Below are positions 12,861 through 24,414 of a DNA stretch of 64,000 nt, piece by piece; the stretch's first letter is position 1; each line of letters opens with the position of its first letter. The stretch spans positions 6,696,001 to 6,760,000 of the forward strand of contig NC_088858.1 in the NCBI RefSeq assembly GCF_963853765.1, in the 5' to 3' direction. The translations under genes were made by a program, and so were the position numbers. The notes under the pieces were generated by a model that saw nothing but the letters and a program-made list of their open reading frames with translations, made no database searches and was not told the DNA's origin. This DNA comes from Magallana gigas (Eukaryota).

Positions 12861-13056
12861 AAAGGTCTTGAATAATTTGACAATGACAATTGCCATCGAT
12901 CCCTCCAGATCAATTACTACAGTCAGTCCTAAGTTTCTCTCACTTTTTGATGAATTTGAACAAAAATACAAATACAGCGCTATACCTGTCAATGAAGTAT
13001 AGTTGAAATCGATGTTCGTTGGAAGATTTCTTCACTTACAATTCATCTATCTTTAC
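12861..13056 (-). pseudogene. Isolated exon or relic resembling a Sec14/CRAL-TRIO domain (Trio/SESTD1/PLEKHG4 type)
   Basis: Acceptor at 13057 is followed by (G)GKDR*, then a frameshift. A clean 125-nt AG..GT block at 12985-12861 encodes GIALYLYFCSNSSKSERNLGLTVVIDLEGSMAIVIVKLFKTF, resembling the Y..SIP..E.R.LG.TV.ID motif. Confidence 0.4.
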
Positions 13057-14407
13057 CTGGAGAAATTAACATGAACGAAAACAAAGGAGAAGAGCGTACA
13101 ATGCCTGTCGAATCCCCCGCACCTAGGATATTTAAACGACTTGCGTACATCTCATATAAAAGATTCTTACATTTGAAGATGTGCACCCGTACGTGTATAA
13201 TATACAACTGCATTATCTGACCATTAGCAAACATATATTTATACTTATCCTCTTATTTTCATTTCTATGATTATTTTCTTAACTTTACAACGTGATCTCA
13301 AACAATCTTTGACTGTACTAACGCTATTGTTTATTAAACAATTATTATTATTATTGTTTATTATTTTGAATGAGCAAGATCATTATGTATTTTTTGTCGT
13401 TATCTGAAGAGTTTGTTTCCAAAATAATTCTGGATCTATTACATAAAAATTCTATCACAGTAAATGATCAAGATTTAGGCACAATACGTCGTGTGGCTAA
13501 ATTTGGAAACCTATATTTCTTGTGTTTTTAGAATGAAAACACGTTATTGACATGCATCGTGAAAATACCATAAACAATGTAAACAAGACAAGAATACATA
13601 TTTTATTTACATTCGAACAAGGTCCTTTTTAATTGCTTCAATTAGGAGTTATGTAATGCTTATACGCCCCTGTCCTTTCTTACGGAGATTTATAATGGAG
13701 AATATTTACATCTTTTCTCCATTCGGAAATATTCGGGACACCTCACACAATTGTTCAATGTTATCCGGTTATTTTTCATTCATTTGCAATGCAAAATCCC
13801 TGTAGACTTTCTATTTTGGGTTGTGTATTGAAACTTGAAGCGGCAGAGGGGGTGCATCAAAACAAAAAATCTGGTTCTAGTGGATAAACGTTGTTTGGGC
13901 ACGAAGGTATTTATAATTACCGAGATATTAAGCAAAAAGTGGTTGAAGCAGAAACTTAGGACAGAGTATAGTATAGAGAATTTTAACTACTACAAAACGA
14001 CCAAAATTAATGTTATTTTAATATAGGTAAAAAACGCAAGATATGTTTCATCTAATTCTTCAACGTATAGATTCGTCGAGATTGAAAAAAATTGACTAAT
14101 CTCGAGAAATGTGTGTTGTGAAAGGGATGACCAGTTTATTTTAAAAATGTGGGAATTTGTAACCAACCCTAATGTGTGTATTATGAAACAAAACAATTCA
14201 ATTATCAAACAAGGAATGGATCACATGACCATGCTGACACACTTTACATTGTTCTTTCTTATAAAGAATGATCCATATTGTTAATGATAATCTTTTCAAA
14301 TAAATTAAACCAAATTACGTTTTGGAAGTTAATAAGATATACATGAATAAGAGTTGTTTTGCCATGTACGCATTATGTTGTATCACACAAGTTGCAAAGC
14401 AGAACAC

Positions 14408-14445
<38 letters not shown>

Positions 14446-14481
14446 GCAGCTTTAAGGTTTCACAATCAGAACATGTTCTTT

Positions 14482-17400
14482 CTAACTTTCGTCTAGTTGA
14501 GCTATACGTAGCAGGGTCACGCTCCCTGTCTCCTGATCAATGCCGTTAGAGGGCGCTTCCCACACTTTGCCCTTTACGCTAGATTTGACGTTCGCCGCTG
14601 TTTTGTAGACAGACTTGCCGGTTTTTGATAATTCTTGTTGTAGTCTAGACACCTCTGCCTGAAAGTCAAATAAGAAACTTTTAACCATTTTGATAATATT
14701 TGTTTGTATTTTTTGGTTATCGTTTTCCTTGTCTTATCTTAAAAATACAAACTTAGCTGATCAATTGCGTTGATAACGTTTCCGACACTTCGCTTTAACT
14801 ATGTTTTACTGTATGCAAAAAATCTGTGTTATGTTGGCTCGTTTTATGTTGTTGCGTACATAAATTTGATGAATAACAAAACAAAATGAAATGAGTCAAA
14901 CACTTTTATACTGTTTAAGCATTGTAAACAATAAAAATGAAGTAATAACATTTTAATAAAGAATTGTTTAAAGTGTTTGGTCCGATTTTATATACGCTTT
15001 TAATCGATGATTATGTTAATTTATGAATAATATTATACAATCCGAAATATCTGACATTTCGTGGCCTAAATATGATTTCGATATTTTACATATGTCAGGA
15101 AAACGCCAGAACCGGCGTCATTAGGAAAAAAAAATGGAAATTCGCCGCCCCTAACTGGAGGCGGCGTTGTCGTCTCGATTTTAAATAATGGCGAGATGAA
15201 TCACTAAGTTGTAATTAGCACCCCTAGATAACTATTGCAACACGACGCAAAGCGGAGGATGACAGCGGTTTTCGAGGGGTGTCAATTTCAACTGTTATCC
15301 TCCCAGTCCCACTATTTACCGTCTTTCTTGGAAGAGGTATAAAGAGTAAGTGTTGAAATAATTTACAGTGTCCGGGTTGTGGTCTTCCTCTCCTTTGTGA
15401 TTGTTAAAAAAATACATGATGTAAAATTACACTGATTTCATTAAATGAAATACCGTTTGGCGAAAGGGAGATAATTTTCTGGTGACCTTTTTTTTTTACG
15501 TATGACTCAACAATTTTCGTTATTTCATTTCTTTAAAAGTGAAAAAAATAATTAAAAAATTTTCTATGACTGAATTTCAGGCTTTAAATTTTCAGTACAA
15601 CCTGTTGTAAGCAATATTGTAAAGTATCCATTAAAATAATACGTTCTTTTCTTTTTGTATTGTTCGTGCAAATACAAAAAAAAATGTGAAAATTTGATAC
15701 AGTGTGACTTACATCTGTAAACAAATTTGCATATATGATCGGTAAAACTGATGTCAGTAAACACTGAATGTAGTGGTATTAACTTTGATTTTATTAAAAT
15801 AATACGACCTTTCCTAAGACCCCATTTACCTACTGTAGTCGATCTGAACTATCAAGCACGTTGCACACATTTCTCAAACTTAGGCGCGCATCCTTAAACA
15901 GCACATACATGTACACTCAACAAAACTTCTAAGCGTTCACCCTAATAAATAAAATAATTTTGAAATAATGAAATAAAATGTTGTGAAATTGTCAACGTTT
16001 TGGTAACTGATATGTCTTCGCATCAATAGCACATATAAAATAAAACAACACCGATTGAAATAATTTACCCGTGAAAAAACGTCAAAACATAAAATTGGTA
16101 TTTTTCTGCGCATGCTTAATATGACTGTCATTATTTTGTGATTGATTTTAGTCTTTGGTGATAGTTGAAAAGAAAACCACTTAACACTTAAACACCCCTG
16201 CGAATGTGTTCGGAATGTTTTCTTTATCGTTGCTAAGTATGTAATAAATCCAGAGGTGCTCGAATGAAAGTTCACGAGACTTCACCGAGATTTGTTCAGT
16301 TCCTGTGAAATTTGGAGCGGAAGTATAAGTGTTCGGATAATATTCTCAAAATACGTTAGTACTGGCCGATTTTCATATCATATCCTACTTCGATTTATGT
16401 TAAAACATCAAAATCTTTTAAGATGTATGTCTTATTTCACCATCTAGCGGTTATTTAAATTAAACGATGATATTCAGAACAGAGTTATCGTTCGTGTTCA
16501 ACCACGTGTAGAGAGGTTGAAAATATAAACATTGGGTTGCTTAATAAATGGCGGTTGATGCTTTTGGTATGCATTACCATGCTTTTTAAAAAATGAATGG
16601 ATGTCTGTTTTGAATTAAAACTTAGTATATCGAGCCAATTTCAAGGAACATTCTGCATAAAATAGAAGAGTCTGTTTCACTACTGATGTTATTACTAGGT
16701 CAGGCGCAGGTCGAAAATTAATTTTTAGGGGGGGGGGGGATCTCTACTACGCATTGTTGCAACACCTGGAAAAAAAACTATTTTTTGTATTGTCACATTT
16801 ATTTCTAAAACACATTTTATCCACCAATTAATGAAGGTAAAGTTTAAAATCAATAAATCTAGAATTTATATTTGACTACAAGTACCTAGATTCTATAAAA
16901 TAGACTATAAACACGATGCGCGATTTTTACTGCAAAACTGAAAGGGTCAAATCAAACCACGTGGTCTAAAAATTAAATGACAATAACCTTCGCAGGGGTG
17001 TTAAAGGTCAACATGTCGCAACCTGAGGTCAAGGTCAATGCATTGTTCTTAACAATTTGAAAGTTCAGTGGAAATCAGTCACCCTGACGGCAAGACAAAT
17101 GAGTGTGTTTATTTTATATATGAAATACATTATACTGGGTGAACACTTAAAAGTTATGCCGAGTGTATACTAAAGTTCCACACGCCATGTAGGTTCCCTT
17201 TTCTAAACATTCCCATGATGCAGTTTGGTTTGTTTGTTTTTTGTTTTTTTTGAACATATTTTTGTATGCCCATAAAGAAAATATTTTATTTAATTTGAGT
17301 ATTTACAACTTTAAAAGGAGACCAATCTGCTGGTGTTAATTGGCGAAAGTCTATAACTTTCTGAGATAATTGGTTTGTTTACAAAATTATTTGATACTGT

Positions 17401-20400
17401 AAGAGCGAAAAAATATCGGACAAATATGTATAAGCAGAGACATAAATAAGTTGCCAATCACTGTTATTATGTCTCTGGTATAAGTATTATATAAGAGATA
17501 TATATATATGCGTCATTTTATGCCACCTTTATGTATTTTGTATTCGAGAACTTATCACAGATTTACCTCTAGTTTCTCTTTTGTGAGTCGCTCCATTTCT
17601 TCAGCCTTCTTAATGAATACATTGGAGATGTAGTTTATTAGAAGCGATAAGTAGGCCAGACCGAACAGAATCCACACGTAGGTGACCACACGGTACACGT
17701 CCTCCAGACCACGGGTACCCAGGCTGTTCTCCGACATAGCTGTCATTCAGAGAGAGATGTTCAAAAAATGTCAACCAAGAGAAAATATCGTCGTAAAGCA
17801 CTAATTACGATGCAACAAAATATTTAGCAATAATTATCATTTAAAAGATTTTTTTATCTCTTCTTATTTAAGATGCATGCATAATTGCATATGTGTAGAT
17901 CTATATTTACGGGTATTTAACTATTTATCTCTACATTTCAACACTAAATCTACCTTTTTTTTGTTCACGTCAACTTTTGATATTTCATTATATTTTACCC
18001 ATTTGTACTGATTATGCAAGTAACCCAATAATCACATCCATTATGATTTGTTGGAATTTACTCTTAATTATGAGACTATGTTGTAACATATCATAGGCGA
18101 CGGAACCGGGAGGGGGGGGGGGCTTACCCCCCCCCCCCCCCCCCACCACTTTTTTGGAAAATTTAGACCTAACCATTAGGCACATAGCATAATAGAGGGT
18201 TCAGCCCCCCCCCCCCCCCACTTTTTCTCGCAGCAAACATAATTGATCTGGAATTTACCTTGAAAAGATTGAAGTATTGAAAAGTTGTAGTTACAGGTAT
18301 AACCCCCCCCCCCCCCCCCCCCACGGATGAGGATTTTCATGATTTTGGGAATTAGGATTTGTCAAGATTTCTGAGGATTAGTCTAGCCCCCACTTTCAAT
18401 TTGCTTCTTCTAAATTTAATCACGTGACCGACCGATATTTATTTCGCCATAAATGTCAAAGAATAATAATCACGTTTACTATAAATTAAAACACGCGAGT
18501 ACCTGCTATATAATCTCCAAATCCTATAGTACTGAGAGTAACGAAGCAGTAATAGAGCGCCTCCAGGACCGTCCAGTCCTCGAAGTAGCTGAAGGCGGAG
18601 GCTGGGAGGATGAACAGGATGGTCAGCCCCAGCATCACAATCAGTACCATGTTCAACACCTTGTTGACTAGCGGCTTGGCCGAGCACAGCCTGCACTTGT
18701 TGACCCGGGTAGAGAGCCGCGTCAGCAACTGACCCAGGTAGTTCAGCATGATTAGGGTGATGGGGATCCCGATCAGGGCGTAGACTACCAGCGCCACCTT
18801 GCCGGGATACGTCCGGGGAGCGAGGTTTCCGTAACCTGGAATAAACCGAAAGAACGTACATCTGAATTATACACCTATAGATACATGTACAGTTCGATCT
18901 GAATTATACACCTATAGATACATGAACAGTTCAGTCTGAATTATACACCTATAGATACATGAACAGTTCAGTCTGAATTATACACCTATAGATACATGAA
19001 CAGTTCAGTCTGAATTATACACCTATAGATACATGAACAGTTCAGTCTGAATTATACACCTATAGATACATGTACAGTTCAGTCTGTCGTCGATACAATC
19101 TCACCTTCTCGGAAGTTTCCGACAGAGCTAAAAAAAAACCCACTCCGAGGTTTGATTTTTCAGTTGTCGGAAAGGCCCGAGAAGTAGAGTGTGTTGTCGT
19201 GAAACTGATGACATAACATGATATAATGACAATGTTCTTTAGCTTTATAATTGACATTGTGAAGATGAGGCGAAGGAGGAATTGGACACTACCTTCTTAT
19301 AGCGTTCTTTCTTTAAAAAAAAAACCTGACTACATCTTTAAAATATATTTTTTTTCTTCGATTGTTTAATGTTACAGCACTGTTAAAGGGGCATGGTCAC
19401 GATTTTGGTCAAAAATTATTTTCCGATTTTAATGTTTACAATGATTCAGTAAGGCAACCGAATAGAGTGTCATTCGTTGAGCTATAAGCGAGTTACAGGG
19501 CTTGCAATTCTTTGCGATGTAAACAAAGCTTTTTGTTTACATTTTGAATATTGAAGTGAATATTCCAGTTTTAGACCTTAAATGAACGTGTAAAACGTAT
19601 GAAACTGTATATTTATGCTTAAAATGAATATGAAGATAAAGAAATCAGCTTGAAAAAGATTTTTTACTAGTATATTGAACCTAAGTAAACAAAAACAGGA
19701 CACGAACCTTGTTTTCATGACAAAGAATTGTGACCCCTGTATCTTGCTTATAACTCTACGAGTGACTTTCAAATTTCATTTGAACATTATTGTAAATAAT
19801 AAAAACAGAAAAATAAAATTTGACCAAAATCGTGACCATGTCCTTTTAAGTTAATGACGAGGCGTCAATGTGTAATCTGTAAATTATGAGTTTTAGTCCG
19901 ATTGGGATCTTTTTTTTTTTAACATTTTCCTTTAATATAAAGATATTTGAAAAACATTTCATGACCGACTGGCGAGATTTGATATTTTAAAACCATTAAA
20001 TCTAGGCAAAAATCCCACATTCCACCTTTAAAGTTTAAACATTCCATAACTTAATCCTTATCAACTCACTATGTTAAATAATTTTATTGAATCTATATGT
20101 CTGATATTGTAAGGAAAACCTGATTAACTTTGGGTATATTATTAAGGTGGTATGACATCATCACAAATAGGCTGATCGAAACGAAATTTCGTTTTATTGA
20201 GAGGATGTTATCGACGGCAAAATGAAATAATTCCATAGCCGAGTGGATAAAGTGTCGGGCTTCTGATTCGCATATCCCGAGTTCAAATTCTGCAGGGGAT
20301 CTTGTTGTTACTTACTGAATTGGATATTTAAGATATTCATTTTTTCCAAACAACAATTTTTCCGACATATTTATCATTATAACTTTCATAATAAAATAAT

Positions 20401-21483
20401 TTACTGTTAAGTTAAGTGACTTATTCCAGGTGTGTAATTCCACCTTAACCTAAAAATGTCAATGACGTAGAAACCTTTCAATAAAAGAGAACAAAAAACA
20501 AATACTAGGTCAAATGTATTAACATGTGGGTTTGTTTCGAGATTCAGCTTACCTCAGAGTAATGTTTACAGATTATAGTTTTCAAGATAATGAATTTCAA
20601 AAAGATAACAATTATTAATTAAAATGCACACAATTTTAGCCTGCAGCTTTTGGCAGTGATAGCAACTCTTTGAAAGAGAAATGGATTGTAATCTATGTCA
20701 GAGTTATCTCCCTTATTGGGGGTACAAACTACCTTAACCCACCAGCTTTACGCATGCGTCATCACCTATAGTAGTCACGACCGTGACAACGAAAGAAAAG
20801 GCGCCAGTGAAATCCCACTGGGTGTACACTGTTCTGTTACGTAGAGTGTTCAGTGCAAACGTGAACTCCTGATTCACCTCGCGTAATACCCCAATCAGAT
20901 CCTCGTGGTCCAGGCAGCTGTGGTTACCTGTGTCAAAAGGAGTTTATCTTTATTAGAACAACAGTCTTTGTTTAGACCTAAATCAAAAATCACCACGAAA
21001 TGTCACAAGTTAGTTACTACACGTGACTAAAGCATTTTTTGTAAATCAAGTGAAAACGAAGTCAAATGTCCTTGGGCTTTTGTTAGAAGAGCATGCATTC
21101 CAGACATATTGTGACAAGAAAACAACCATTAGTCGTATTGTTATCGAAAATGTCAATTCGTAATGGAAAAAGGTTCACTTCCGCTATGACATTAGTACTA
21201 GAATTCCAACTAGAAATTCCAATGGGAAAATGTTTCAACAATTGCATTAGTTCAAACGAAATATTATGAAAAAGAAAGGGGAAAATAACTACTTGTACAA
21301 AGGGCAATGAATTACTTGGATACCTATGAAGTTTTTGAGGAATGCCTCTAGCTGGAGGCGTCGTTCTATTTCTGGATCGCCCTCAATATGGCTGAAGATA
21401 GCAGCTCCCACGCACAAGTAAACGACCACCAAAACAAACAGAACTACCATCCGCTTCCACCCCGGACCGTCCGACGTCATCAT
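14482..21483 (-). CDS. Two-pore-domain potassium channel (K2P/KCNK family, TALK/TREK-like); 334 aa
   Basis: Exons 21483-21324, 20927-20766, 18835-18503, 17739-17567, 14658-14482. All introns are GT-AG and phase-consistent (1005 nt). Features: TM1 VVLFVLVVVYLCVGAAIFSHIE, cap Cys NHSCL, pore 1 WDFTGAFSFVVTVVTTIGYGNLAPRT, pore 2 EALYYCFVTLSTIGFGDY, TM4 VTYVWILFGLAYLSL. Confidence 0.95.
18861..19086. repeat. 37-bp minisatellite, 6 copies, in K2P intron 2
   Basis: Unit TCTGAATTATACACCTATAGATACATGAACAGTTCAG starts at 18861, 18898, 18935, 18972, 19009 and 19046. Confidence 0.95.
19387..19845. mobile_element. Kolobok-type non-autonomous DNA transposon (459 bp)
   Basis: TTAA flanks at 19383-19386 and 19846-19849. 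The TIR AGGGGCATGGTCACGATTTTGGTCAAA / TTTGACCAAAATCGTGACCATGTCCTT is about 27 bp. RR..YY termini with a TTAA TSD are the Kolobok signature. Confidence 0.8.
20146..20444 (+). mobile_element. TTAA-flanked GGTGG..CCACC element carrying a tRNA-like cassette
   Basis: TTAA|GGTGGTATGACA ... ATTCCACC|TTAA. Internal A-box TAGCCGAGTGG (20236) and B-box GAGTTCAAAT (20279). Confidence 0.65.
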
Positions 21484-22399
21484 CGAGGGGGGCACGGTAT
21501 TGCTGGTCCAAGACTTTTAGGTAACGTCAATCCTTAGATTCTCCATCTAGGTCACTACGTCATCAGTTTCAAAATTTTAAATTCACATCCTTTTCGAACA
21601 TTCTGATTGACAATGATAGGTTCTCAGTTTTGAAAATATCACTGTCTGGATTAAAGTTTCTCACAGAAATGTTACGTATCTTTCCACGCTGTTCTTTATT
21701 CTGGGGAATCTGGCAGGAACTGGGATGAGATGGTATCACTGCCGAGGGCGAGGTTTTCGATGTGTATTGTTTACTACAGTGATGCCGATTTCCGAAGCAC
21801 CAGTCGTACAGTGAGTCGCATGCCTATAGTAGACTTCTCCAATAGTGTCACCAATTGCTATTTTCACATCTCCCCGGCTGTGGAAGCCGGGGATTTAACA
21901 AATTGTCTCTTTCATCTCTGCGACGTGCAATTGTTGTCTGCGACAATTACTCAAAAGTAATTACTCAGTGAAAGAATTTCAAGCATTCTTGCGATTCAGT
22001 CAGGACAATATTCTGTAACGCTACTTGAAATATTCATTTGTAAAAGAGATCGACTCAATTATATATCCTATGGATAAAGAATTCTCTTTGATTCAAACGT
22101 GTTGGTTACATGACTAAACTCGTATATCTTTAATTAAGTCAGACTTATAGGCATGCTTTTTAGTTAATGGTTTTGAAACTATTTACGAACTGAAATAATA
22201 AGTCTTTGTATTACGACTGTTGGAAGGTTTCAGACGTTGCAATTGACCGGAGGAACTTTGTTTATCTTGCGTGGCGAAATACATTGCAGATTTGAATTAG
22301 GTTTCCAGTATATTCTATCAAGATGTATGAAGAAATTTTGAGTTAAACAAACAATAAAAACAAGTATAATTTTATAATTTTTTTTCCTTTTCATCTAAC

Positions 22400-22592
22400 A
22401 ATGGATCTGTAAGTCATTAGATTGTCTCTTCATGAGTTCGAATCCTGTTTGGGATTTCAATTTTTTTTAACATTTCCAAAACTTTTTAAAACATTTTTTT
22501 TTTTGGTTACATATAGTAAAATTTGAAAATTTGAAACCAATTGTAATTTACTTTAATTCACATTAATATCGACAGATGTCCTATACCACCTT
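22400..22592 (+). mobile_element. 5'-truncated copy of the tRNA-cassette TTAA/TIR element
   Basis: Retains the B-box GAGTTCGAATCC, the AT-rich body and the right end ATATCGACAGATGTCCTATACCACC shared with 25101-25415. Confidence 0.6.
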
Positions 22593-24414
22593 CAACTTTT
22601 AAGTGCGATCGATTTTTTAAACTATATACCGGTATATTGTAGCTTAAAACTTTAAATAGTTTCCTATAGCATTATATAAAGGTCTCCTTCTTAGGAAGTT
22701 ATATATAGTCTAAAAATGGTCACAGCCATCCAGCGCTCTTAACGTCTGAATAAATGTATAACTATGATAATATTGCGAAACTTTTAGAAATTATTGCAAA
22801 TAATTGTTCTCTTGCTAGCGTTCTACTGAGATTTTAAAAACTTGGTCACTGACATTGTTTTGTTAAAATAAACAAATTTTTGTTTATTGAATCTCAAAAA
22901 CCCGGGAAAAAAATTCCCACTGAACATATTGCAGTGGCAGTATGCACCCCTAGTGACCATCAACGAGATAATTTGGATGAGTAAACAGACTTTCCATTGA
23001 TTTCCCTTAATATTTCATAACAATTTATTGCATGCATGAGATAGATGAATGTAAAGCGTCTAATGCACGTGACATGCAAATGAGGGAGGCCCTCGCAAAC
23101 ACCCACGTGGTAATCAAGCTGCACATCACCAACATGTTGGAATATCGACTAGCGCCAACAAATGATCGAATTATGTAACATCCCTGCTTAAAACCAATTT
23201 ATTCCAGGGAGGGTCACTTTTGATTTTCATGTTACCCATCAAAACTAACAGAACCGTTATTAAAAGTACTGGTAATCTGTCATTAACTCGGAATCAAATA
23301 CTTCAATGTAGATACTGTCTTCATACACTCCAGTCTTGGTCTTGTTTTCAATTTTTATTATTCTATTAAACTGAAAGTACTAGTTGTTTTTGATGATTTT
23401 ATTGACTATTAAGTATCATATACCCAGAAATGATCTATTCTATACAAAATATGTATATCACATTAAAACATCATATTCCAATAAATAAAAACACTCTCTC
23501 TCACATTAATACACCCAATATACGAGATGATTCATAAAAAGTATACACTCCACTCTCTCTCTCTCCATTGAAATCTTAGAGGCTGCGGAATTCACAACAA
23601 TTGTGTTTATTTTAATGATCTCTCCCACTGATGTGTTTATAACAATCAGTGATCCATCTAATTCCAATCTGTAATGCCATGACCACAACACAGTTACTAC
23701 TCTACAGAATGTCACAAATAGGGGAATGCTTTAAGATTTAATAAAAAGGATATACCCAACTATAAATGCAGTGGACATATCATAATCATATTAGCAACAG
23801 TTAAATTAAACAGATGTTAACTTTAAGTTAATACATTTATGCAAGTTACATGTACTTTTCAAATACAAAGCCCCCAGATTGTATTTGAAACTCTAATTGC
23901 TTCTTCCTAAGAAAACAATTTCAAATGAAGGCATTGGTAATATCTTTGACATAATGTTCATGATGAAATAAATCATTTCCCATTCAAAATTTTGTATTTT
24001 TAGATTATTCTATTAATAACGCCACTTCCTTTTATACAGTTACAATTGAAATTGGGTTAAAAACATTTATAAGCAGACAATGGAAATTGACATGGATGAT
24101 CCTGAAAGATTTCAAATCAATAAAGGAAATGTAAATGTAACATTGTTCAAATGAGATCGTAAAACAAAATGAGTGATATTTTAATTAGATGTAAATATCA
24201 AACTGAAATGCAAGATTGAGGGTAGGAGGAGGGGTGTGTGGACCACTTTCAATTAAAACAATGCACAATTTGAATCCATCACTTATTTATGAATACATAA
24301 AACGGTCGGTAGGAATTCATCAGACATCGGTTTATGCTGTAACTCTTCTGTTAAACAACTGCCAGTTTATCTCCCTTGTTAAAAGTGACCAATAAAATGC
24401 AGAGAGAATGACCT

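Noticed and set aside
21316-21323. Alternative K2P exon 1 donor (CAA|GTAATT)
   Set aside because: It is phase 0 and would put exon 2 out of frame. The phase-1 donor at 21324 yields the cap and pore sequence.
21730-21960. 76-aa plus-strand ORF upstream of K2P
   Set aside because: No recognisable domain or splice context; more likely the K2P promoter or 5' UTR region.
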